DNA from: a virus
Taxonomy: Duplodnaviria; Heunggongvirae; Uroviricota; Caudoviricetes
Length of the DNA stretch: 64,000 nucleotides
Direction: 5' to 3' (one strand)
IMG/VR virus record: IMGVR_UViG_3300035208_002606
A program made the translations under genes and the position numbers. Positions within the stretch are counted from its first letter, which is position 1; each line of letters starts with the position of its first letter. Shown in pieces: positions 53,340-62,710 of this stretch. The notes below the pieces were generated by a model, which was given only the letters and a program-made list of their open reading frames with translations, had not been told where the DNA came from and ran no database searches.

Positions 53340-53678
53340 TTAAGCCTTTGGCGGTGTTCCTTTTGCAGGAGCCGTAGGAGCGGGTTGTGCTGACTTCTGT
53401 GCAGGAGCCGCAGGAGCCGCAGGAGCCGCCTGAGCGGGTTGTTCCTTGGGTGCTTGTTGCCCTTTCATAGCGTCCTGAATAGTTTTCGTTATAGTTGGAA
53501 CTATTTTTTCATTCACCATTTTTTCCAAAATGGAATATGCGGCTTGAGCCATTTGTTCAGGGCTTTGAGCCGCTTCTGCCTGTTGTGGTGCGGCCTGTTG
53601 GGGCGCGGCCTGTTGTTGTGGTGCGGCAAGCGGGTCAGGGCGTTGAACTAGTTCTCTTAATATTTTTGCTTTTAACAT
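53340..53678 (-). CDS. Ala/Gln/Pro-rich low-complexity protein
   Basis: Minus-strand ORF with RBS ggtaggag; convergent with flanking plus genes. Confidence 0.4.
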   Translation of the reverse strand: MLKAKILRELVQRPDPLAAPQQQAAPQQAAPQQAEAAQSPEQMAQAAYSILEKMVNEKIVPTITKTIQDAMKGQQAPKEQPAQAAPAAPAAPAQKSAQPAPTAPAKGTPPKA

Positions 53679-53723
53679 ATTTCGACTCCTACCACTATTT
53701 ATTATTTTCCTCTCATTCTGTGT

Positions 53724-53768
53724 TATAATTATAAGGGGCTTGACAAGTCCAAAAAATTATGTTATCAT
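53724..53768 (+). promoter_or_regulatory. tandem promoters: TGTGTTATAAT then CTTGACAAGTCC-17-TATCAT (copy 2)
   Basis: tgtgttataat...gggcttgacaagtccaaaaaattatgttatcat. Confidence 0.5.
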
Positions 53769-53785
53769 GGTCTTGAGGTAATAAG

Positions 53786-54241
53786 ATGTCAAAAAGACTT
53801 TTGAGTGAAGAGACGGCTCTGAGGAAGATTGAACTCTCCCTGAAGTTGCAGGGTAAGACATTCAAGCCCGATTTTATCGGTTGCCAACATTGCAAGTTCT
53901 GTTGGGGGAATCGGAATGACCAACCCCGATGGGTTCGTAAGTATAGATATCCTTGGGACCAAAAACCCGGAGACCCGCCCGAAAATCCCAAGCCTGAGAA
54001 ATACGGTTGGAACTGCGCTTTATATAAAAATACTCCCTACCATGCTTACTTGCGTTTCAAGGTGGTTCGTTATAATGCCGAAGGGGTACAAATTCCTAGA
54101 AAGCCTTGGTACGATGAAAAAGCGGGTCATTGGACTTATAGCCCCACCAACGGCGAGTACGATAAAATGGTTCTCGTGTCCTCAGGGTCTAATTGGAGAT
54201 ACAGCATTTGTAAGCGGTTTGAGGCTTGCCCCCCTAGATAA
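53786..54241 (+). CDS. hypothetical Cys-containing protein
   Basis: After tandem promoters 53724-53729 and 53740-53768. Confidence 0.45.
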   Translation: MSKRLLSEETALRKIELSLKLQGKTFKPDFIGCQHCKFCWGNRNDQPRWVRKYRYPWDQKPGDPPENPKPEKYGWNCALYKNTPYHAYLRFKVVRYNAEGVQIPRKPWYDEKAGHWTYSPTNGEYDKMVLVSSGSNWRYSICKRFEACPPR

Positions 54242-54243
54242 AA

Positions 54244-54620
54244 TGAGCGAAGAGAAAAAGGAAATCCCGCACTACAAAGCCGATAGAGAGACCATCGAAC
54301 TCTACAAGGAAATGAAAAAGATAGGGGTGCAGAAATTCCGTGAAATGTGGGGTCAGGGGATGCTTGACCAATTTAAGGAACTGATGGCTGAAGAGCGAAG
54401 ACTCTTCCCCATCAAAAATAAAATCCTGCTTCAGGGTAAGTTAAAGTACGATTACCCGATGTGTGAAAAGTGCGTTCATTGGGGCGGGGCAAGTGCAGGG
54501 TCAACCCGTTGCCCCTACGATGATTTGGAGAAAAATATATTGTTTGAAAAAAACGAAATATCGCAGAACCAATTCCCTATTGAACTCTGCGAAAAATTTG
54601 CTTGGAAAAAAGATGAGTAG
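54244..54620 (+). CDS. hypothetical protein
   Basis: ORF within larger track ORF; start at MSEEKKEI. Confidence 0.4.
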
Positions 54621-54624
54621 GGGC

Positions 54625-54653
54625 TTGACAAGTCCGTTTTGGCGTGATATAAT
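54625..54653 (+). promoter_or_regulatory. repeated consensus promoter (copy 3)
   Basis: gggcttgacaagtccgttttggcgtgatataat. Confidence 0.6.
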
Positions 54654-54680
54654 TAAGGTATGAAAGGTAAGGAGGAAACA

Positions 54681-54998
54681 ATGATAACTGACGAACGCAA
54701 GAAAGAGATTGATATGATGTTTGAGAAGTACGTTGGGCCTTTGCTGAATAGCACCAAGTTCGTTGAAGACCTTGCTTATCTTTGGGTCAGATGGCAGGAC
54801 GAAGGGAAGTACGAAGGTTGGGCGGGTTATGAAGAGGTACTCAAACGCCATGTTCCCAAAGACTGTACGTTCGTCCGCTCTACGAAAAGGCCAATGGGTC
54901 TTGTGTATCGTGTGCCGAAAATTTCTCGCCCTATTCATATTTTCGGAAAGGCCCGTGGCAATGACTTGCAACTTATAGTTAAGGTATTGAACGCCTAG
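54681..54998 (+). CDS. hypothetical protein
   Basis: After promoter 54625-54653; RBS aaggaggaaacaATG. Confidence 0.4.
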   Translation: MITDERKKEIDMMFEKYVGPLLNSTKFVEDLAYLWVRWQDEGKYEGWAGYEEVLKRHVPKDCTFVRSTKRPMGLVYRVPKISRPIHIFGKARGNDLQLIVKVLNA

Positions 54999-55001
54999 GG
55001 C

Positions 55002-55030
55002 TTGACAAGTCCTTTTTGGCGTGATATAAT
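55002..55030 (+). promoter_or_regulatory. repeated consensus promoter (copy 4)
   Basis: gggcttgacaagtcctttttggcgtgatataat, identical core to copy 3. Confidence 0.6.
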
Positions 55031-55053
55031 TAAGGTATGAATAAGGAGAACAA

Positions 55054-56358
55054 ATGAGCGACAAAGCAATGACGGTTCAGGACAAGATGACTTATGCGAA
55101 GGTCAGGTTGCTGATTCGCCACAAACTGTTCGGACTGCTTCTGCTTGACTTCCCCCTGAGGGAAGCCGTTGCAAATAGCGGTATCGACACGATGGCAACT
55201 GACAATGTCAACATCTTTTATCATTCCCCTTGGGTTAAGAAACTGACCAAGAATCAGACCATGACCGTTGTTCTGCACGAAATTCTCCATATCATGCTCA
55301 AGCACTTCATGCGCTTCGACCTGAAGAATATCAAAACGCAGGAAGAGAGAATGATGGTCAACTACGCTCTCGACTATGCCGTCAACTCCATCATCATCAA
55401 CGAAATGATGCCCCATGACAACCTGTTGGAACTGCCGACCCCTCACCTGTACGATGAAAAGTTCAAGGGCATGAATGCCGAGAAAATTCTCGAAATCCTG
55501 AAGAAAGAGAAGAAAGAAAATCCTGAACAGCACAAAGAGCGTTTCGGTGGTGCGGGTTCAGGTGAGGGTCAGGAACAGTTCGACAATCACGATATTTCTT
55601 CGGAAGGGACTCAGGAAAATGTAAAGGCCAAGAAAGCGTCTACGGGCAAGTCGCTGAAAGACCAAATGGGCGACATCGACAAGAAAATCTTTAAGGCCTC
55701 TTCGGGCCTGTCCGCAAAAGAGAAGGGTGAAGTTCCTGCCGACATGCAGAGGCTCATTGACGAATACCTTGAGGAACTTGAGGGTCATGTCGATTGGCGG
55801 CGTTTCATTCGCCGCAAGTTGCAGGAAATTGGCAAGGGTCAGTACACGACCTCTCGTTGCAATCGTGCCTACATGCCGTACGGGTTCTATTTTCCGGGTC
55901 AGACGGGTGCAAAGGCTAAGGTCGCTCTCGCCCTTGATACCTCAGGCTCCATCAGCAACGAAGACATCACGGAGTTCTTGGTTGAACTGCGTTCGATGCT
56001 CCGCATGATGCCCGGGCTTGAAATCGTTCTGTACGGTTGCGACTCCGACATTCACGGCATGGCCCGTATCAAGGGGCTGAAGAATTTCCGCAAGAGCGTG
56101 GGAAATGTCCTGACGGGCGGCGGCGGCACTTCGTTCATCCCCGTCTTCAAGGACTTGGCTGAGAACAAGGACAGGGACATCAAAGCCCTGTTCTACTTCA
56201 CGGACGGCTACGGCGACCAAAATCAGATTCAGGATGCCGTTCCGAATTTCAAGTGGGAAACCTTTTGGGTTTTGCAGAAGGAGAACCGCAGAATGGATTT
56301 CCCGTTCGGCAAGAAGGTCATCATTTGGGACGAGAAAGGGAAGCAGGAAGAGGAGTAA
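55054..56358 (+). CDS. metallopeptidase-like (HExxH) plus von Willebrand A domain protein
   Basis: VVLHEILHIML HExxH; C-terminal ALALDTSGSISNED MIDAS-like motif of VWA. Confidence 0.6.
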   Translation: MSDKAMTVQDKMTYAKVRLLIRHKLFGLLLLDFPLREAVANSGIDTMATDNVNIFYHSPWVKKLTKNQTMTVVLHEILHIMLKHFMRFDLKNIKTQEERMMVNYALDYAVNSIIINEMMPHDNLLELPTPHLYDEKFKGMNAEKILEILKKEKKENPEQHKERFGGAGSGEGQEQFDNHDISSEGTQENVKAKKASTGKSLKDQMGDIDKKIFKASSGLSAKEKGEVPADMQRLIDEYLEELEGHVDWRRFIRRKLQEIGKGQYTTSRCNRAYMPYGFYFPGQTGAKAKVALALDTSGSISNEDITEFLVELRSMLRMMPGLEIVLYGCDSDIHGMARIKGLKNFRKSVGNVLTGGGGTSFIPVFKDLAENKDRDIKALFYFTDGYGDQNQIQDAVPNFKWETFWVLQKENRRMDFPFGKKVIIWDEKGKQEEE

Positions 56359-56360
56359 GC

Positions 56361-56630
56361 ATGAACATCGAAAATTTGACCGAAAAAGACAAAGGGCGTG
56401 AAGTTATCTACACTCACCCCAAAGTCAAGAAAGGTAAAATTGAATTTGAAAAGAAAGAAGTCGGGCGGCTCATGGGTTGGAACGATACGACCCTCTTCAT
56501 CCGCTTCGGGATTGAAAACCTTGACGATATTTCTTTGAAGGCCTTTTTTCATCGTCATGGCGCTCAAGAACATTTCACGGGTTGCCCTGTTGACCCTGTT
56601 CGTGTGGAATTTAAAAACGAGGAGGAATAA
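56361..56630 (+). CDS. hypothetical protein
   Basis: 89 aa ORF. Confidence 0.4.
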   Translation: MNIENLTEKDKGREVIYTHPKVKKGKIEFEKKEVGRLMGWNDTTLFIRFGIENLDDISLKAFFHRHGAQEHFTGCPVDPVRVEFKNEEE

Positions 56631-56632
56631 AT

Positions 56633-57079
56633 ATGGGACTTGATATGTATTTGAAGGCTAACCGTTTTATGTGGAGTTCGTCTGATGAGGACGAAAAACT
56701 TAATGCCAAACTTACAAAGGTCTTGGGTCTTAAAGATGTCCGAGTCAGCGATATCAATTGTGATGCCGCATATTGGCGAAAGGCCAACGCCATCCACAAG
56801 TGGTTCGTTGATAACTGTCAGGACGGCAAAGACGAGTGTCAAGAGACCGAAATCACTAGGGAACAGTTGGTCGAACTCCGAGACCTTTGTGTAAAGGTTC
56901 GGGATAATCACGACCTTGCGCCGAAACTGCTTCCCACGCAAGGGGGATTTTTCTTCGGGGATACATCGTATGGTGACGATTATTTTGAAGATGTCGAAAG
57001 CACCATCAAGCAAATTGATGAGGCTCTTGAAAAATTCCCCGAAAAGAATTGGTACTTCCGTTATCATTCAAGTTGGTAA
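56633..57079 (+). CDS. hypothetical protein
   Basis: 148 aa ORF with RBS. Confidence 0.45.
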   Translation: MGLDMYLKANRFMWSSSDEDEKLNAKLTKVLGLKDVRVSDINCDAAYWRKANAIHKWFVDNCQDGKDECQETEITREQLVELRDLCVKVRDNHDLAPKLLPTQGGFFFGDTSYGDDYFEDVESTIKQIDEALEKFPEKNWYFRYHSSW

Positions 57080-57106
57080 AAGCATAGAAAAGCACAAAGA
57101 GAAGAA

Positions 57107-57307
57107 ATGAACGAGAATCTGACTTTACGAGAAAAGAAAATGTTAAGAATCATCGAAGGGGTCATCAACGGCTTCTACGATGCGAAAATGGGCAGAGAGT
57201 TCCGCAAAACCATTCATGCGATTGACGAGGCTCTTGCGGAAGTCGGAATTGAGAGGACGGATAAAGACAAGAAGGTGGAGGCCGATAATGAAAATAGCAT
57301 TAGTTAG
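57107..57307 (+). CDS. hypothetical protein
   Basis: 66 aa ORF. Confidence 0.4.
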   Translation: MNENLTLREKKMLRIIEGVINGFYDAKMGREFRKTIHAIDEALAEVGIERTDKDKKVEADNENSIS

Positions 57308-57710
57308 AGTTCACACCGAGGAGCGGTACGATAATGGCGGGTTTGATGAAGTCTCATTGAGCAATTACATCACGGATTTTACTGAAGTCACTCAGGAAGA
57401 GTATCAGGCTCTCAGAGAGTTCACCTTCGAATGGAATCACAAAGCCAAACGGGGAGACGGGCAACGCCTTATCTTAGTCGAGGACGAATCAGAAAAACTC
57501 CCAAAGACGATTGCCGAAGCGATGGAGTTCGCCGTCAAGAAAAAGGCAGAATGGGCAGCAGAACAAAAACGGTTGGAGAAAGAACGCCTAAAGCGTCAGC
57601 GCAAGGCCGAAGAAAAGAAAATGAAAAAGAAGGATAGCGAAGTTGCCGCTCTCGCCGCCAAGGTGGAATTCTACAAGGCCAAGATTAAGGAACTGAAAGG
57701 AGAGAAGTAA
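57288..57710 (+). CDS. hypothetical protein with Lys/Glu-rich C-terminus
   Basis: Start MKIALVRVH. Confidence 0.4.
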   Translation: MKIALVRVHTEERYDNGGFDEVSLSNYITDFTEVTQEEYQALREFTFEWNHKAKRGDGQRLILVEDESEKLPKTIAEAMEFAVKKKAEWAAEQKRLEKERLKRQRKAEEKKMKKKDSEVAALAAKVEFYKAKIKELKGEK

Positions 57711-57892
57711 TGAAAATTTTAGCCTGTCCGTTCTGCGGATGCGAAGAGGGAGAAATTGTTATCATCGATTGCGCTGACCGTGAAGGAACTCCGCAAGTTG
57801 TCAAGTGTGTTGAATGCGGAGCGCAGGGGCCGTTTGGGTACACAATGGAAAAGGCAATTGCATATTGGGAAGAGAGATTTAAGGAGAAATAA
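57710..57892 (+). CDS. Lar-family-like zinc-ribbon protein (possible restriction alleviation)
   Basis: LACPFCGCEEGEIV...VKCVECG pattern resembling Lar family. Confidence 0.4.
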   Translation: MKILACPFCGCEEGEIVIIDCADREGTPQVVKCVECGAQGPFGYTMEKAIAYWEERFKEK

Positions 57893-58231
57893 ATGATAAT
57901 CTTTTCGGGGATACTTGCAATAGTGGCATGGTTCGGTTTCATTATTACCGATACTTCCAAAGAGTTTAATCTCCTTTATGGAATGCTGTTGGCTATATGG
58001 TTCGCTCTGATGGCGATTCATCAAAAGATTGAAAATAAAAAGGAGGAATAAAATGATGAAACTACAATCAATTGACGAAGTGCTTAAAGGGATTATGAAC
58101 AGTAAGCCCGTAAAAAAAACGAAGGAAGAGCAGGAGGAGATTGAAGATATTCTTCGGCAGTTGCGGGAGATGGGCGGGTTCATGGAGATTGAGATTCCGT
58201 ACGCTAAAAAGAAAACAAAGGAGAAATAAAA

Positions 58232-58483
58232 ATGACAGGCATCGCTATTTTTTTTATGGTTGTTAATCTTCTAGTGGGTATATATTGTGGTCTGTTGCTA
58301 TTGAATCATTCACGGATTCGCAAGCACCTGAAGGTTATGATGAAAAACGGAATAGAATATTTTCCAAAGCACATTGCAACCTTCATCCATGAACATCCAA
58401 ACTATCATTGGTTTTTATGGGAACTTGTTGAACTTAAAGGTATGCTAGAAGACTTTGTCAACACCCATCTCAAGGAGAACTAA
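58232..58483 (+). CDS. small membrane protein
   Basis: 83 aa with N-terminal TM helix. Confidence 0.4.
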   Translation: MTGIAIFFMVVNLLVGIYCGLLLLNHSRIRKHLKVMMKNGIEYFPKHIATFIHEHPNYHWFLWELVELKGMLEDFVNTHLKEN

Positions 58484-58834
58484 ATGAATTGTGCAAGATG
58501 CGGTCAATCAGATGAAACCCAAATGGTTATGTGGCAAGAAATAAGGTCAGAAAAATGGCAAAGAATTATGGATAAACTTTGCAACTACTGTATTTGGGAA
58601 TTAAGACATAATAAAAATTATAAAAATATACGCATTGTTAAAAAAGAAACAAAAGAGATTTTAATTCGTGAAATTGATAAACTATGGACGGGTCTTTGTA
58701 AAACGCATAAGAAAACGGAAAGAGAAAAATTTATTTCAAGAGTACTTCGTATTGTCGAGCGACCATATACCCTAACTGTTTCTTTTCTTGTTGAATTGCG
58801 AAACGATTTAAAAAAGGAGATTACTAAATGCTAG
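58484..58834 (+). CDS. zinc-binding protein
   Basis: CARCGQ...CNYC. Confidence 0.4.
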   Translation: MNCARCGQSDETQMVMWQEIRSEKWQRIMDKLCNYCIWELRHNKNYKNIRIVKKETKEILIREIDKLWTGLCKTHKKTEREKFISRVLRIVERPYTLTVSFLVELRNDLKKEITKC

Positions 58835-59190
58835 CATCAATTCAAAGAATTCTTGAAGTCAAACCTGTCGAGAACGCTGACTCGCTCGACAAGGTTTATG
58901 TTTTGGGTTGGCAAGTGGTGGTGAAGAGGGGAGAATTTAAGCCAAATGACCTGTGCGTATATATCGGTATCGATACTATCGTACCCGCCAGACCTGAGTT
59001 CGCATTTCTTGCGAAGGAAAAATTTCGAATTCGTACCAAAAAATTTAGAGGGGCATTATCACAAGGATTGTGTTTACCTTTAACTGTGTTGAAAAATTAT
59101 GGACAATTTTTAAATGAAAATGGGGATTTATTTTTTATCCCCAATCAAGATATTGAAAAATTAGTAGTACAACACATAGAAAAACCATAA
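58828..59190 (+). CDS. hypothetical protein, possibly N-terminal module of the downstream ligase-like enzyme
   Basis: 120 aa ORF immediately upstream of nucleotidyltransferase ORF. Confidence 0.4.
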   Translation: MLASIQRILEVKPVENADSLDKVYVLGWQVVVKRGEFKPNDLCVYIGIDTIVPARPEFAFLAKEKFRIRTKKFRGALSQGLCLPLTVLKNYGQFLNENGDLFFIPNQDIEKLVVQHIEKP

Positions 59191-59202
59191 ATAGAGGAAT
59201 AA

Positions 59203-59931
59203 ATGAAAATAAAAATTAAAGAAGGATTATCTTTAGATATTATACTTAACACCAAACACTACGAGAAGCCTGTTCCTAACGAAGGATTTAATCAGGGAGA
59301 CACGAAGGGCAATTGGCCCCCGTACTTCCCGCACACGGACGAAGAGCGGATTCAGAATGTTCCTGAGATTCTTGACGAACTGAGGGGCAAGTCCTACATC
59401 ATCACCGAAAAGTGTGACGGAACTTCCTGCACGATTTTCTACAACCGTGGTGAGTTCGGGGTCTGCTCCCGCAATTTCGAGAAGAAGGATTCCGAAGGGT
59501 CGGCATATTGGCAAGTCGTTCGCAAGTACGACTTGGAGAACAAACTTAAAAAATTCGGCCCGAATATTGCGATTCAGGGGGAATTGTGCGGTCCAGGGAT
59601 TCAGAAGAACAAGTTGGGATTGAAGGAACTCGACCTGTTCGTGTTCGACATTTACGATATTGACGATGGAAAGTACATGGCATGGCCCAAGCAGAACAGT
59701 TACATTCTTTCCCTAGGGCTTACCAAAGTTCCCATTGTTGAGTTCGGAGAGGGGTTCCATTACACCTTGGAAGAACTCTTGGAGAAAGCGAAAGGTCAGT
59801 ACGCAGGAACGAACAACCACCGAGAGGGGATTGTTGTTCGGGCAATGTACGGAGACTTTTCCGAAAAGATGCGGAGCCGTATTAGTTTCAAGGTTCTTAA
59901 CAATGAATTTCTGCTGAAGGAAGGGGAGTAA
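59203..59931 (+). CDS. RNA-ligase-like covalent nucleotidyltransferase (second ligase)
   Basis: ITEKCDGTS motif I (KxDG), GELCG motif III, REGIVVRA motif IV, SFKVLN motif V. Confidence 0.55.
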   Translation: MKIKIKEGLSLDIILNTKHYEKPVPNEGFNQGDTKGNWPPYFPHTDEERIQNVPEILDELRGKSYIITEKCDGTSCTIFYNRGEFGVCSRNFEKKDSEGSAYWQVVRKYDLENKLKKFGPNIAIQGELCGPGIQKNKLGLKELDLFVFDIYDIDDGKYMAWPKQNSYILSLGLTKVPIVEFGEGFHYTLEELLEKAKGQYAGTNNHREGIVVRAMYGDFSEKMRSRISFKVLNNEFLLKEGE

Positions 59932-60177
59932 ACGATAAATAATATCGGAGCAAGACAATGATGATAATCAGGCATATGCTTTACAAAGAGGTCGAGGATT
60001 ACGATGCTTACGACTTCTACCTGATGAAATCCCGTTGTACTTGCGAGAAAACTTTTAAGACCATCGGCATCGAAAAGGGAGCGAACAGTCAGGAGATTCG
60101 CAAGCAGTTCAAGCAGACAATTCCAACAAACAACATCCACCCGAAACAAGTGGTATCGTTGTACTCAGGAGGCTGAA

Positions 60178-60465
60178 ATGGGAACCTATCAAGAGCGCGG
60201 CGAAGAACGGAAACCGATGTGGATTGTGTACACGACAGAGGGCATCGAAGAGTTCAGCAAGTCGATTCTCAAGGCCGCTGAAATGGAAGGCATCAGTCCA
60301 ATACTGACTAGGGAACTAGTTGCAGTCAAGCACTATCCTAGCACCTTCTATCTTATCAACCTGAGCATCGACCAAGTTTTGAAGAGCCTAGGGGAGACCA
60401 TGCCCCATCTGCTTCCCCCTATCAGGGAAAGCAAACCTAGAGAGAAGAAGATAGCAAAGAAATAA
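60178..60465 (+). CDS. hypothetical protein
   Basis: 95 aa ORF. Confidence 0.4.
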   Translation: MGTYQERGEERKPMWIVYTTEGIEEFSKSILKAAEMEGISPILTRELVAVKHYPSTFYLINLSIDQVLKSLGETMPHLLPPIRESKPREKKIAKK

Positions 60466-60667
60466 AAGAAGGAGAGTTAAGAATGATACGAACAATAATA
60501 GGTGCAATGTTTAAAGTCTTCCCGTTCGTTTTGGTATTATCTTTATACCTTGACACATTTAATCTTCCATGTTGGTTAGAACTAATAATCTTTCTTGGTA
60601 TGATTCTTTTCAATGCTGTAATTATGAGCATTGGTGAATATATAGAATCAAATTAGGAGAGTGAAAA

Positions 60668-60919
60668 ATGAAAGATAAAAAACCTGTATTCTGTGTAAAA
60701 TGTAAGTATTCAAGGGGCATACGGTTCGGAGGCGCGGGCATAGAAGAATGTCACCATCCCGAAAATTGTGATACGTATAACAACTATGCTAGGCCGTATA
60801 AGCAATATCTAAATGACCCTAGAGACTTGAATAAGAATAACGATTGTAAATGGTACACCCCTAGGCTGAAAATACTTACCACGATTGTTAAATTTTTTAA
60901 AACAAGGAGTCAAGAATGA
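60668..60919 (+). CDS. Cys-rich small protein
   Basis: CVKCKYS...CHHPENCD. Confidence 0.4.
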   Translation: MKDKKPVFCVKCKYSRGIRFGGAGIEECHHPENCDTYNNYARPYKQYLNDPRDLNKNNDCKWYTPRLKILTTIVKFFKTRSQE

Positions 60920-61218
60920 GCAAAGAAATGGTAAAGAGGATTTTCAGAATTTTCCTGATGGTGGTATTCGTCTTTTTCTTTTTCGGTTGTGACGAAATCG
61001 AAAGGATGGAAAAGGAACAGGAACAGGAAAAGATTCAGATGGAGAAGAACGCCTCATGGCTTTCCGTCCAAATCCTTTTAAAAAAAGACGGCATAAAATT
61101 TTATCTTGTCAAGGATACTAGAGAAAATGTAGACTATCTTCTCGTTTATTCTCCCGATAACGACACCATGTCCCTCACCAAAATGGAGAAGAACGAAAAG
61201 GAAGAATACGGGTACTAA
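60916..61218 (+). CDS. secreted/membrane small protein
   Basis: N-terminal hydrophobic segment. Confidence 0.4.
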   Translation: MSKEMVKRIFRIFLMVVFVFFFFGCDEIERMEKEQEQEKIQMEKNASWLSVQILLKKDGIKFYLVKDTRENVDYLLVYSPDNDTMSLTKMEKNEKEEYGY

Positions 61219-61427
61219 GGTTATCCCAAGAACCCAACCATGAGCAGTATCAACCCTAGAATGAACTGCAAGAACTTAACTTCTATATCTTCAAGCGTGA
61301 AAAGTCTGTCCCTTATCAGCAGGGTGAATATCGAGGACTTGCACAGCACCGCCCCCGTCAAAACCAAAATACCCTTAACTAACAATATTGAAATGTCCAT
61401 ATTACTATTTATCCCTAGGAGCAAGGT

Positions 61428-61973
61428 ATGAGTTGCATTTGGGTCAATTTTGACAGCCAAAAATACTTGGAATATTTCCCCCGTACGAGTTCGTGGGTGA
61501 ACTCCTACCGCCCTTATCTCCTGCAAGCGTTGGAGTTGACAGGGGGCGGGAATGTCCTTGAAATGGGAGTCGGGAATAATTCCTCACCCTTTCTAAGGCG
61601 ATACTGCAAGGAGCATGGTCGTGCGCTTTATTCCTACGATAATGACAGAGAGTGGGCGCATAAGTTCGATGCCTGTTGTGTTGGAGAACAGGCCGAAGAT
61701 TGGGAACGTAGCGATTACGCCATGCGTAACTACACCGTGGCATTCATCGACCACTCGCCACCCTTCCACCGTCCGATTGCAGTCCGAAACCTCTTGAACA
61801 AGGCTAGCATCTTTGTCATTCACGACACTCAGCCCTCACACAATTTTGTCTACAATCTCGACACCATCTTTTCGCTGTTTAAATATGTTGACCATTACTG
61901 CGAAGAAGAATCTTGGGCAACTATATGCTCCAACTTCTATGATGTAACGAGGCCTCCACATGAAAGACGATAA
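61428..61973 (+). CDS. putative SAM-dependent methyltransferase-like protein
   Basis: VLEMGVGNNSSPF Gly-rich motif I-like; RBS aggagcaaggtATG. Confidence 0.4.
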   Translation: MSCIWVNFDSQKYLEYFPRTSSWVNSYRPYLLQALELTGGGNVLEMGVGNNSSPFLRRYCKEHGRALYSYDNDREWAHKFDACCVGEQAEDWERSDYAMRNYTVAFIDHSPPFHRPIAVRNLLNKASIFVIHDTQPSHNFVYNLDTIFSLFKYVDHYCEEESWATICSNFYDVTRPPHERR

Positions 61974-62220
61974 GTACAAATTGTGGAAGGTGCTACATCC
62001 TCAAGAATTCCATTGTCATTACTGCCGCAAGTCTACAACATTGCCGGGTTGTCCTTTATTAGTAAAGGGGGTGGTTACTCGTTATAAAGACATTGATTAT
62101 AAGAATTGCAGGGAGTTTTTAAAACCCGAAAATTATAGAGTGCCTGATGTCATGCCCCGTTTGGGCGATGCGGGAATTTTTTACACTCCATATATTCCTG
62201 TGCAAATAATAAAGAAATGA
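61960..62220 (+). CDS. hypothetical protein
   Basis: 86 aa, CHYC. Confidence 0.4.
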   Translation: MKDDKYKLWKVLHPQEFHCHYCRKSTTLPGCPLLVKGVVTRYKDIDYKNCREFLKPENYRVPDVMPRLGDAGIFYTPYIPVQIIKK

Positions 62221-62450
62221 TACCCGAATCCTGTCCCCTTTCCAATAAAGAAAGATTCAAGGTGGTGATGAACCTGAAATGTAAACTGCAAGGGCAAAGT
62301 GCTGTGGAGTTCCAAACAGAGTGTAAGAACTGCTCTTTTAATTATTACAATTACCAAAAAAAAATAATAGAAAGATTAATAAGTGAGTTGGCTAAGAATG
62401 ATAAAGCCCCTAAAAAGATTGTGAGCCTTAGTAAAGCGAGAAAGAAATGA
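62217..62450 (+). CDS. MIPxSCPL zinc-ribbon paralog 1
   Basis: MIPESCPLSNKE...C..C...C..C. Confidence 0.5.
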   Translation: MIPESCPLSNKERFKVVMNLKCKLQGQSAVEFQTECKNCSFNYYNYQKKIIERLISELAKNDKAPKKIVSLSKARKK

Positions 62451-62710
62451 TACCCCAATCCTGCCCCCTAAACGACAAAAGCAAGTTGTACGTCACCCTG
62501 CACACGGAGTGTAAGTTTACAAAAGAGGGAGAGGAACCCTTCACCGAAATGTGCAAGGGCTGCCCCTTCAACCCCGAAGTCATAGAGGAAAAACGAATGT
62601 CAGGACTGACAGTTAAAGACTATAAAAGTATTTTTGATGATTATCTAGGCCTTCTTTTCACACAAGAAGAAAAGAAACTCATAAAAGCAATAGCGGATAT
62701 GGACGAATGA
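62447..62710 (+). CDS. MIPxSCPL zinc-ribbon paralog 2
   Basis: MIPQSCPLNDKS. Confidence 0.5.
   Translation: MIPQSCPLNDKSKLYVTLHTECKFTKEGEEPFTEMCKGCPFNPEVIEEKRMSGLTVKDYKSIFDDYLGLLFTQEEKKLIKAIADMDE

Noticed and set aside
61221-61526. 101-aa minus-strand ORF
   Set aside because: Overlaps the better-supported plus-strand gene starting at 61428 (clear RBS) and has no convincing RBS; kept only as a remote holin-like possibility.
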